Assembly (NCBI GenBank): GCA_001443365.1
Contig: LDXL01000006.1
Coordinates: forward strand, 87,387 to 119,386
Length of the DNA: 32,000 nucleotides
Source: Thaumarchaeota archaeon CSP1-1
GTDB lineage: Archaea > Thermoproteota > Nitrososphaeria > Nitrososphaerales > Nitrosopumilaceae
Direction of reading: 5' to 3'
The stretch's first letter is position 1. Each line of letters begins with the position of its first letter. The notes under the pieces were generated by a model that was not told the DNA's origin, searched no databases, and saw only the letters and a list, made by a program, of their open reading frames with translations. Of this stretch, positions 17,301-25,448 are shown piece by piece. Made by a program: the position numbers and the translations under genes.

Positions 17301-17313
17301 TTTTTTCTTTTTT
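17301..17313 (+). terminator. Oligo-T terminator (TTTTTTCTTTTTT)
   Basis: Two T6 runs begin 14 nt after the stop codon at 17285-17287. Archaeal RNA polymerase terminates at oligo-T tracts. Confidence 0.55.
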
Positions 17314-17378
17314 ATTAGAAAACACGCCTAAAATAGAAAATTAATAGCACCTTAAAGTCTAATTGTCATAGATTAGCC

Positions 17379-17873
17379 TTGTCACGAAAAAAAAGACAAA
17401 ATATTATTCTTGGAATTATTGTGATTGTAGTAATTGGTTTTGTTATCGTGTATTATTATTCTGCAGAGCAGACCAGAATCAAAGGGTTTACTTTTGGGAA
17501 TAATTTACAAAGAATTCAAGAGGATTTAAAAAAAATCCAAACAGAGTTCCAATCAGAGATTACTGTATGGGAAGATGGAGACATTAGTAAAGATGAATTT
17601 TTAGGGTATTCAGATATGCATATTTCAAAAATGGAAGAACTAGTTTCCAGATATGATATTTTAGACCCACCTGAGGTATTTTCCTCATCTGTTGAACTAT
17701 TCAAATTATCAACTCAGAGTCAGCTTGAAAGTGATAAAGAAATTATTCGTTGGATTCAAAGCGGGGATATAGATGCAAAAATTCGATCTGATTCCCTAAT
17801 GGAAGAATCATTTGGATATGAAATGGCAGCGTTAGCAAAATTTAATGCTGTAAAGGCTGGAATTGACCCATAA
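17379..17873 (+). CDS. Membrane-anchored hypothetical protein (164 aa)
   Basis: N-terminal basic stretch plus a TM helix (NIILGIIVIVVIGFVIVYYY). The remainder is hydrophilic and helical-looking. TTG start. Confidence 0.55.
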   Translation: MSRKKRQNIILGIIVIVVIGFVIVYYYSAEQTRIKGFTFGNNLQRIQEDLKKIQTEFQSEITVWEDGDISKDEFLGYSDMHISKMEELVSRYDILDPPEVFSSSVELFKLSTQSQLESDKEIIRWIQSGDIDAKIRSDSLMEESFGYEMAALAKFNAVKAGIDP

Positions 17874-17902
17874 CTTCTTTAAATATGTAAATTAGATTTC
17901 TT

Positions 17903-18659
17903 TTGTTGAAGAAATTCCTGTTGTTGGTTTTTCCGCTAATAGGGCTTCCATGTGTATGGGCTGAAATATCAATCCAAAATGATCAGCAATATTTTGGAGA
18001 TGATGGTACTTTGCACATTGTAGGAGAAATTCAAAAATAATTTTAATGTGCCATTAAATCAAATTGAAGTCCAAGCCAAATTATTTTCAAATGGTATTTT
18101 GATTGATACTGTAAAAACGTCCCCAATGTTAAATACAATTATGCCTCAAATGAAAGGCCCGTTTGATATAATCATTTTAGGCAATGATGCAAAAGGCGTC
18201 GATAAATATTCTCTTGAAATAAGCTACAAATTGACTGAGCCTAAAAACCAAGTCATTGATATTACAAAATCAGACTTTTCAATAGATAATTCTAATAATT
18301 TGGTAATAACTGGAACTGTTGTAAATCATGGAGACATAACTGCAAATACGGTTGTTGTTGTAGCTACTCTATATGACAGAAATGGGAATGTTGTGACTGT
18401 TTCTAAAACACATGTAGAGCCAGATTATCTGAGAGCTGGCGATGAGGCCTTCTTTTTTGTATCAATTCCGGATAAAACACAATCAAACTCCGTTGTAGAC
18501 TATTCACTTGTGGCAGAGTCAGAAGAATATACTGCAGTTCCTGAATTTCCATTTGGCTCTATGATGCTACTTGTATCATCAGTTTCAGCATATGTAGGAC
18601 TGACAAGATATTCAAGTAGGATTATAGTAAACCATGTTTCTGCAACAAATCCAAAGTAG
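17903..18659 (+). pseudogene. Secreted two-domain FxLYD-like protein with a PEF-type C-terminal anchor, frame broken at an A5 run (18033-18037)
   Basis: An unlisted 45-codon ORF (17903-18040) encodes a signal peptide, LLKKFLLLVFPLIGLPCVWA/EISIQ...GTLHIVGEIQK*. Removing one A gives GEIQNNFNVPLNQIEV, joining ORF 18048-18659. The second domain (LVITGTVVNHGDITANTVVVVATLYDRNGNVV) aligns without a gap to the joined first domain (LHIVGEIQNNFNVPLNQIEVQAKLFSNGILI). The C-terminus is PEFPFG followed by a TM helix and basic residues. Confidence 0.65.
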
Positions 18660-19098
18660 GTTCTAACTTTTTTAGTAAAAGATTTTTTTCAAGTGAAGTA
18701 GGGAAATCAAATTTGATTGGAAAAGTGATGCTTAACATATCTTGGTCTGTATGAGATACTCTAATGCCATGGAATTCATTTTTAGTTTCTAAAAGAAAAT
18801 CTCTCCATTGAGATAATCTCTGTTCAACTGCCGCAATTTGTTTTTCTAATCTATCAATATCTATTTCAATATCATTATCAAATATCCCAAATTTTACCAT
18901 TGGGACCATAAAAAATCCTCCTGAAATTTTGTCTTGATTCTTATGCATTTGTTGTATGATTTCACGTTCATTTTCTTTTGGGAATAATTCCCCATAATCA
19001 GGATCAAAATAACCAGCAATGTCTTTTTTTGAATCGTATATTCGAAAATAATCTTCTTCACGCTCAAGTTTCCACATATTGTAACTTCTAATGTTCAA
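18622..19098 (-). CDS. Hypothetical protein (158 aa)
   Basis: Intact ORF, hydrophilic, no motif recognised. Its 3' end overlaps the convergent gene by 38 nt. Confidence 0.5.
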   Translation of the reverse strand: MNIRSYNMWKLEREEDYFRIYDSKKDIAGYFDPDYGELFPKENEREIIQQMHKNQDKISGGFFMVPMVKFGIFDNDIEIDIDRLEKQIAAVEQRLSQWRDFLLETKNEFHGIRVSHTDQDMLSITFPIKFDFPTSLEKNLLLKKLEPTLDLLQKHGLL

Positions 19099-19149
19099 GA
19101 AATTTACAGGTTATGCTAGATCTCAAAAAAATTAATGTTATAAGTATCA

Positions 19150-19494
19150 ATGTTGGACTGTAATTATATGGCAATTTCAAAAAACACGAGAGACTTTATT
19201 GACAGTCTAGTCGACTACTACATCAGTGAAGCTCCCTCGTACAAACAAATAGCTGAAGAATACGTTCCTGAAGTAGAATCGGTAGTGGATACAGCATTTG
19301 GTTATATTGCAGGTTGTGTTTACTCTGGATTTTTACAGGCATACAAAAACATGCAGCAGACCCCTAGCCTTGAAGATATTCAGGAATTTAATAAAATTCT
19401 AAAAGATCGAGCGCCTCTGATAAAAAAAGCTATGATTGAAGACTCTTACAATCCAGAGCTTAGAGGAGTAGGCAAAAAGCGCGTTAATCTGTAG
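19150..19494 (+). CDS. Hypothetical protein (114 aa)
   Basis: Intact ORF. An alternative start is the ATG at 19168 (MAISKNT...). No motif recognised. Confidence 0.5.
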   Translation: MLDCNYMAISKNTRDFIDSLVDYYISEAPSYKQIAEEYVPEVESVVDTAFGYIAGCVYSGFLQAYKNMQQTPSLEDIQEFNKILKDRAPLIKKAMIEDSYNPELRGVGKKRVNL

Positions 19495-19508
19495 GAAAAA
19501 TTTTTCCT
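19493..19508. terminator. Perfect 16-bp palindrome AGGAAAAATTTTTCCT spanning both stop codons of convergent genes, possible bidirectional terminator
   Basis: Self-complementary when checked base by base. It presents a T5 run on either strand and includes the TAG of the plus-strand gene (19492-19494) and the TAG of the minus-strand gene (19507-19509). Confidence 0.4.
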
Positions 19509-20664
19509 AATCTAACTTTAGTATGCCCATTCTAACTAAGTGCTCAACGCCATCAAAGAATACTTTGTCACTGATTCTTTTTTCGGACCATAATAGGGCT
19601 CTTGTCTTAAACCAGTTTGGCATTTTTTCTATGTTGGATTCGCTTACTGGATCTTTTAAATTAAATGGAATATAACTTAACAGAGATTGAAATGATTTTT
19701 CTTTATCAGCAATTGGATTAAGATATTGATTCCAATCAATCTCAGTTGGTTTTGAAAGTTCTCGGATCATAAACCCATTTGGAAATTCCAGAGAGAGTTT
19801 AATTTCCTCAGAAGTAGAATTTGTTACAGGATTGACTAAATGCTTGAGAGTATTTTCATAAGCTTTATCATTAATTGTATTTGTTATCCACATTTTTGTC
19901 AAATCCCGTTGAAGATTAATTAATTCAGAATTAGAATTAGTTATTGCGTAATTGATCAAAGTATTACCAATAGCTGGTTCATAAGGTGCTATCATCACAT
20001 AGTTCTTAGTTGAGGAATCAGCTCGAATTATTATTTTAAATTCATTACATTTATCATAATCAAAATTTGTTCCTATACAATTATCATATTGATCCTGTTT
20101 TTCATGAATTTTCATTTTAATATCGGATTTAGAGAAGCCTTTGTAAGATAATACAAAGTGAGAAAGTTCGTGAGATAATATCCAAGAAGGTAATGTCGTT
20201 TCGTAACTAGAAGAGAAATCAGAACAATCACACATCATTAATAGATGGTTAATTGTTCTATCGTTACCTGAATGCACATAAATTCCATCAAGGTTATTAG
20301 GATGTAAAGTTGATTTTCCTAAAGCTTGATCAAAAATTAGTATCAACAAGTTTACATTCTCAGATTTTTGGAAATCCTTGAATTGTGATTCTGAAATACA
20401 ATTCACTGAATAATTATTATTCTCTAATTGGTAAAGCTCAAAGTATTTGGATGTAAGGCTAGCGTAAACTTTATCCATATTATCTTTAGGACCACAAGTA
20501 TCTTTTTTGATATAGAGTAATTGCCATTCTACTGAAGAATCTTCTGCTGCATATGATTTGGTTAAGGTAGGTCCAAGAATTAGGCCCAAAGTAATCATTA
20601 TACTAAAGATTACGTAAATTTTTTCTCCAGGAACAATATTCTTTATTTTATTGACTTTAATCAT
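19507..20664 (-). CDS. Secreted or membrane-anchored protein with an HExxH motif (putative zinc metallopeptidase)
   Basis: N-terminal TM/signal segment (IYVIFSIMITLGLILGPTL). HELSH in LPSWILSHELSHFVL (DNA 20158-20172). The start overlaps the upstream gene by 8 nt. The fold family was not recognised. Confidence 0.55.
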   Translation of the reverse strand: MIKVNKIKNIVPGEKIYVIFSIMITLGLILGPTLTKSYAAEDSSVEWQLLYIKKDTCGPKDNMDKVYASLTSKYFELYQLENNNYSVNCISESQFKDFQKSENVNLLILIFDQALGKSTLHPNNLDGIYVHSGNDRTINHLLMMCDCSDFSSSYETTLPSWILSHELSHFVLSYKGFSKSDIKMKIHEKQDQYDNCIGTNFDYDKCNEFKIIIRADSSTKNYVMIAPYEPAIGNTLINYAITNSNSELINLQRDLTKMWITNTINDKAYENTLKHLVNPVTNSTSEEIKLSLEFPNGFMIRELSKPTEIDWNQYLNPIADKEKSFQSLLSYIPFNLKDPVSESNIEKMPNWFKTRALLWSEKRISDKVFFDGVEHLVRMGILKLD

Positions 20665-21598
20665 CTGAAAACACCAACACTAATTCTGGAATGTGTGACT
20701 GAGCCTCTCTTGATGCAATGTTTATTTGACCTTCTGAATTTTCGTCACTTTTCATTATGATCCATCCGAAATTTTCTTCTGAAGAAAGATAATCTAGAAT
20801 ATCGTCAGTAACATCAAACTTTACCCAGTAACCTTCTACTTGATTTGAAATCCATATTGAATCTGTTGGGTTTTGGTCAAATTTTCCTCCGTTCCACTGA
20901 TTTCTACAGTCATCCGCCTCGGTAGGACAACTCCAAGTTACCCCATCGCTAGGATTCAATAGATTGCTAACTGGAGTACTTATTCCATTACCTTCCTGCC
21001 AGTCAGTTTCAAAGCTGTGTATATTGATAAGCTGCCCGTCTCCCCAATTTTGATTATTACTTTCTATATACAGTTTGAGAGTTGCAGATTCTAGAGTTTT
21101 GCCAGTAGCTACGTTTTGAATATCATCTTGATTGAAAGCTATCAGAGCCCTGTTGTTAGTTGGTCCAGTACCCATAATTCGTAGAACTTGGTTTGAGCCT
21201 TCGTTACTGTTTTGAACACCTTCTCTAATGAAACTATCTTTTTCAGCAAACAATGTAACTTTATTTCCAGATACCTCGGGCTCTTTTACTGGGAGATTCT
21301 TTACAAGTTTAAGATTGGTGAATTCCTCATTTTTTAAAACTTTTTGTGTTTTAGATAACTCCTCTTCCAGTTGAACAAACATGTGATTAGATGTTTCTTT
21401 GGCATCTTTGAAATTACACAAACCATTCTCACAAATGTTAGTTGGAATTGGGGTTACTTCTGTATATGAAAAAATTTCTTGTATTTCTTCATCTAGTATG
21501 AAAAATGATATCGCAGAAAATGTAATGCCCGCAATTACAAGTAAACTTAAAAGAGTTCTTCCGAGAAGCTCGTCTTTAATAATATTATTCGTTTTCAT
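20657..21598 (-). CDS. Secreted protein with a DNRLRE/CBM96-like beta-sandwich domain
   Basis: N-terminal TM anchor. The C-terminal ~200 aa follow the DNRLRE-domain pattern as I recall it: KDSFIREG..N.NEGSNQVLRI......NRALIAFNQ...ATLKLY...W.EG..GVTW....FDVTD...INIASREA...PELVLVF. The start ATG overlaps the S8 gene stop (ATGA). Confidence 0.55.
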   Translation of the reverse strand: MKTNNIIKDELLGRTLLSLLVIAGITFSAISFFILDEEIQEIFSYTEVTPIPTNICENGLCNFKDAKETSNHMFVQLEEELSKTQKVLKNEEFTNLKLVKNLPVKEPEVSGNKVTLFAEKDSFIREGVQNSNEGSNQVLRIMGTGPTNNRALIAFNQDDIQNVATGKTLESATLKLYIESNNQNWGDGQLINIHSFETDWQEGNGISTPVSNLLNPSDGVTWSCPTEADDCRNQWNGGKFDQNPTDSIWISNQVEGYWVKFDVTDDILDYLSSEENFGWIIMKSDENSEGQINIASREAQSHIPELVLVFSDD

Positions 21599-23748
21599 TT
21601 CATAGCCTCCGAGTCATCTATTAGGAAAACTGCACTTGCAGTTCCATAACCCATTGCATAATCATATTCATTTTGTAATGAAAACAGACCAGGTTCTGTA
21701 TTCTGTTGAATTTTAGTCAATAACTGTTCTGGAGACATATTTGGATTATTCTCAAGAATTAATGCAGCCAAGCCAGCAACATAAGGAGTAGTAGCTGATG
21801 TTCCATAGAATGGCTTGCCGTCTAGAGCTAAGGTTGTTACACCATCAGGCCCTACGACATGAGGAGCTAATTTGCCATTATTTGTGGGGCCTTGTGAGCT
21901 ATATGGTTCTAGTATTCCATCTAGGTGGTTTACCGCTCCTACTACTATTGCGCCATTTGCATCTGCTGGAACTGACACACTACTTTGGGTAACAGGATAT
22001 TCAAGTTCATCATTAACAGTAAAAATTTCCAAAGTTGCATGAGGTCTATTGCTAGGTGATATCATATCCCCAGAATACAAGACTCCAAGAGAATAGATAC
22101 CTTCAGTATCTGGAAGATGATAAATATATTCAAAGGGATTGTCTGAACTCTTTTCTTGCTTGTTTGCAGAGAAATCGACTATTTGTCCTAGCGGATTAAC
22201 AAGCACAAGCTCTAAATCAGCAACATCATCTAGACCCACATCCCACATCATATGAGCGATAATTGGCTTTTCTTCTGCGATTCGATCTTCTGTTACTGTA
22301 ATCGACAAGCCTTCATCGGTATTTGAAAAATCATGCCAATTATTGAGGCTGGAATCCACAAAATTTCCTTCCCAATGCTTATTGCCAAAGTTTCCTGCTG
22401 GTACAACAAAAACAATGCCATTTTCAACGGCTTCCTCAATCTTCTTTGTGACATGACTTGTACCATCAGTTGGGAAGTTAGGCCAACCTGCAGACATTGC
22501 TATAATATCTACATTTTTTGATATGGCTTCATCCACAGCTGCTGCAAATTCAATGTCTGATTCCATGGAATACAAAAATAGTTCAACATCTGGAGCAACG
22601 TCAGCTATAATTTCTGCAACTGCGGTTCCATGCAAGGCTTCATCTCCATTTCCTTGTATTGGCAGATATCCTATCCCTTGTCTGAACGATTTGACTTCAA
22701 CGATATTATCTGAAATTTTTTGATTATTTGTAAATGACAAGTCCAACACAGCTACTTTAATCCCTTTACCAGTAATCCCTGCATATTGTGCCAAATCAGC
22801 ATTCATGAAATACACTCCTTCTGACAATGATTCCTCAAATTGTACTGCTGGGAATGGGGGCCTAATGTTTTCAATACCTTGAATTGACCTGAGTTTTGGA
22901 AGGTCACTTAGCTTAATTGTTAGCTGTACCTGTTTGTCATTTTTTGCGTTAATATTACCTAGTGAAGTTAGTTTGTCTAAAACTGCAGCGTCTGTATTTG
23001 TTAATGTTACTACAACTTTTGTTTTCCCATCTTTAAAGTCAAGTCCTAATTTTTTGGCATCTCTTTTAGGATCTTCACTTTTTAAAAGAGCCGAAATTTT
23101 TGAATCAATTTTATGTTTTGAAAGCTCCTCATGAGAAGCCATCTCTTGTTTAATTTTTAATTTAGTTTCTTTTAGTTCTTGTTTGAGTGTTTTTTTGTAC
23201 TCTTTATCATAATCTAGGTTTTCATTTAATTTCTTGATAACATCTTTGATATCAGAAACGAGAGATTTGAGTTTTTGTTTATCTTCCTCATTTAAGATCT
23301 TTTTTAAATCATTGATCTCTTTTTTAATTTCTTTAAGAGCTTGCAGCTTTTCTTTTAATTCATTTTTATTTCGAGTTTCTTCTCTCTGTTTTTTGATTTT
23401 CTCTATTATAGCTCTTTTCTCTTCATCATCATCGTCATTCGATTGACAGGCACCTTTTGTATCACCATGAGCCAAGTGTGCTTCGGTAGCATTTACTGAT
23501 ACCAAAATTTGCTGGAAATTGTTGGGGTTTCCTGGAGGAATGTGACATATTGTAATTTTTTTATCATCATCTTTCTCATCATCTTTCTCATCATCTTTCT
23601 CATCATCTTTCTCATCATCTTTCTCATCATCTTTCTCATCATCTGCAACAGCAAGTGCCGGGTTAAAATTTGCAAATGTGCCCCAGCTTAATAATAACAC
23701 TGATAGAATCACTACCAATGCTCTAGAATTAGCATACGCTGAAACCAT
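21595..23748 (-). CDS. Secreted S8 (subtilisin-family) serine protease with acidic repeat, Cys/His module and coiled-coil N-terminal extension
   Basis: Catalytic triad contexts are VAVLDLSF (Asp), HGTAVAEIIA (His) and GTSATTPYVAGLAAL (Ser), with the oxyanion Asn in VVPAGNFG. A ~150-aa insert lies between Asn and Ser. The N-terminus carries a signal peptide, then (DDEK)x6, ICHIPPGNP...HLAHGD..GAC, a K/E-rich coiled coil and an I9-like propeptide. Confidence 0.9.
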   Translation of the reverse strand: MVSAYANSRALVVILSVLLLSWGTFANFNPALAVADDEKDDEKDDEKDDEKDDEKDDEKDDDKKITICHIPPGNPNNFQQILVSVNATEAHLAHGDTKGACQSNDDDDEEKRAIIEKIKKQREETRNKNELKEKLQALKEIKKEINDLKKILNEEDKQKLKSLVSDIKDVIKKLNENLDYDKEYKKTLKQELKETKLKIKQEMASHEELSKHKIDSKISALLKSEDPKRDAKKLGLDFKDGKTKVVVTLTNTDAAVLDKLTSLGNINAKNDKQVQLTIKLSDLPKLRSIQGIENIRPPFPAVQFEESLSEGVYFMNADLAQYAGITGKGIKVAVLDLSFTNNQKISDNIVEVKSFRQGIGYLPIQGNGDEALHGTAVAEIIADVAPDVELFLYSMESDIEFAAAVDEAISKNVDIIAMSAGWPNFPTDGTSHVTKKIEEAVENGIVFVVPAGNFGNKHWEGNFVDSSLNNWHDFSNTDEGLSITVTEDRIAEEKPIIAHMMWDVGLDDVADLELVLVNPLGQIVDFSANKQEKSSDNPFEYIYHLPDTEGIYSLGVLYSGDMISPSNRPHATLEIFTVNDELEYPVTQSSVSVPADANGAIVVGAVNHLDGILEPYSSQGPTNNGKLAPHVVGPDGVTTLALDGKPFYGTSATTPYVAGLAALILENNPNMSPEQLLTKIQQNTEPGLFSLQNEYDYAMGYGTASAVFLIDDSEAMK
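23566..23637 (-). repeat. Six identical tandem 12-nt units (plus strand ATCATCTTTCTC) encoding (DDEK)6
   Basis: Exact repeats counted at 23566, 23578, 23590, 23602, 23614 and 23626, with partial units on both sides. Confidence 0.95.
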
Positions 23749-23794
23749 TGTTTTTACCTGAATAATTTTACTCCTGAAAACTAGATGACTCTGT

Positions 23795-23814
23795 GTTTGT
23801 AATTGATTACAAAC
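23795..23814. promoter_or_regulatory. Candidate operator: perfect 9+9 bp inverted repeat GTTTGTAAT-TG-ATTACAAAC
   Basis: Located in the 170-bp divergent region between the protease operon start (23748) and the histidine kinase start (23919). Arms verified as exact reverse complements. Confidence 0.45.
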
Positions 23815-23918
23815 TTTTTCTTATATCCCAAAAATACGTTCAAAATATCAGCAATGAAACTAGTATATGGCCTATCAGAGGCAGCTGGAAAAAAATTGTA
23901 CCATGATGGAGGGATTTC

Positions 23919-25448
23919 ATGAGGCTTAAAACAAAGTTTTCTTTAGAAGTACTTCTTTTAATTTCTCTAATTGGGATGGTATCTATTATTGCAGTTTTAA
24001 ATACAAAACAAGTTCAGGATAGTTTTCTTGATTTGAGTATACAGACATTACCAACTTGGGATGCATTAAAGGACATGAGATTAGCCAACTCTCTGATTTT
24101 ATCATCTACTTTGGAAGTATTGATTTTACAAGATGCGATAAACAATCAAGAAGATGAATTTGGAGTATCTGATTATGAAGAACAAATAGAAAATGAAATT
24201 TTTGAAATAGAAACAGCAAAATCATTATTCAGTGAATCTTTTACTCGATATTCTATCCTTATGGAAGAAAATTTCCCAGAATCCAATATTTATGTAGACG
24301 ATATTTCCAAAAATTGGAATGATTTGGTAATAACGTCTAACAAAATGATTAGATTTAATATTAATGGAAATAATGCAAGGGAAGTTTTAGAATTAAAAAA
24401 TGATTTTGAAAATAGTGTGCAATTACTTAATCAAAATATATTTTCTGCAAATAGTTTTATTGAGCCTCAAGTGAAAAGCAGACAAGCAGTTGTGGAATCA
24501 CTTGTTGATAACACCACTACACAGATCTTAATTGTATTAAATATTTTCATTGGAGCATCATTGGCCTTCAAATTTTTTATCACAAAATCAATTTCACGGC
24601 CACTAATCAAACTAAGAAAAACAGCTCATAAAATTGCAGAAGGAGAATTTGTTAAAACAGAAATGAAAGGGGATGATGAAATTTCTGATCTTGGTAAAGA
24701 TATCGATATGATGTCAACTGAACTTCAAAAACTAAACAGGGCACTAGTAACATCTGAAAGACTGTCATCTATTGGTAGTTTATCGAGTCGTTTGGCACAT
24801 GATCTCAGAAATCCACTATCTGTCATCAAAAACTCTATGGAAATATTGAAATTCAGATTAAATGATAACATGGATGAAAACATTAACCATCAAATTGCAA
24901 TGGTTGGAAGAGCAGTTTCTCGCATGTCACACCAAATTGAGGATGTACTTGATTTTGTGAATATAGCCTCATTGAAATTAGAAAATAGTTCACTCATTAC
25001 AGTAATAGAATCTGCTATTCTTAGTACCGACATACCAAAATCTGTTAAGATAAATTTGCCAAAAAATTCTGTTACGATAAGGTGTGATCCATATAGAATG
25101 GAAGTAGTTATCAGTAATTTATTGAAAAATGCCTCACAAGCAATGGAAGGTAAAGGAGAGATTTCAATCAGAGTTTTAGACCAAAAAGAGGATGTTTTGA
25201 TAGAGATTGAAGATCAGGGTCAAGGGATTCCTCAAGAAAACATGGATAAAATATTTGAGCCCTTATTTACTACAAAACAGTCAGGGACGGGTTTGGGATT
25301 AGCAAGCTGTATCAGCATTGTAGAAAAACATGGAGGCAGTATTTCTGTGAAAAATAATCCTACAGTCTTCACTGTACAATTGCCTAAGGTCCCTAAAAAT
25401 GTAAAACTTGAAGAAAAACAAATAGAAAAGCAAATTCCTAACGAATAA
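23919..25448 (+). CDS. Sensor histidine kinase (two TM helices, extracytoplasmic sensor, HAMP, HisKA, HATPase_c)
   Basis: TM1 (residues ~10-27), a ~165-aa outside domain and TM2 (ILIVLNIFIGASLAFKFFI). HAMP (SRPLIKLRKTAHKIAEGEF). H-box SRLAHDLRNPL. N-box LLKNASQA. G-boxes DQGQGIP and GTGLGL. Confidence 0.9.
   Translation: MRLKTKFSLEVLLLISLIGMVSIIAVLNTKQVQDSFLDLSIQTLPTWDALKDMRLANSLILSSTLEVLILQDAINNQEDEFGVSDYEEQIENEIFEIETAKSLFSESFTRYSILMEENFPESNIYVDDISKNWNDLVITSNKMIRFNINGNNAREVLELKNDFENSVQLLNQNIFSANSFIEPQVKSRQAVVESLVDNTTTQILIVLNIFIGASLAFKFFITKSISRPLIKLRKTAHKIAEGEFVKTEMKGDDEISDLGKDIDMMSTELQKLNRALVTSERLSSIGSLSSRLAHDLRNPLSVIKNSMEILKFRLNDNMDENINHQIAMVGRAVSRMSHQIEDVLDFVNIASLKLENSSLITVIESAILSTDIPKSVKINLPKNSVTIRCDPYRMEVVISNLLKNASQAMEGKGEISIRVLDQKEDVLIEIEDQGQGIPQENMDKIFEPLFTTKQSGTGLGLASCISIVEKHGGSISVKNNPTVFTVQLPKVPKNVKLEEKQIEKQIPNE

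Noticed and set aside
21399-23446. Plus-strand ORFs of 62-70 aa (21399-21605, 21798-21992, 22333-22521, 22523-22723, 22934-23134, 23234-23446)
   Set aside because: All are antisense shadows of the minus-strand protease operon genes and have no motifs.
23563-23644. Regular short repeats that might be mistaken for a CRISPR array
   Set aside because: The 12-nt units are directly abutting with no spacers, lie in frame within a CDS, and no cas genes are present.
23493-23691. ORFs encoding MMRKMMRK... (minus strand) and IIFLIIFL... (plus strand)
   Set aside because: They are alternative-frame read-outs of the 12-nt tandem repeat inside the S8 protease gene. The DDEK frame is continuous with a signal peptide and the catalytic domain.
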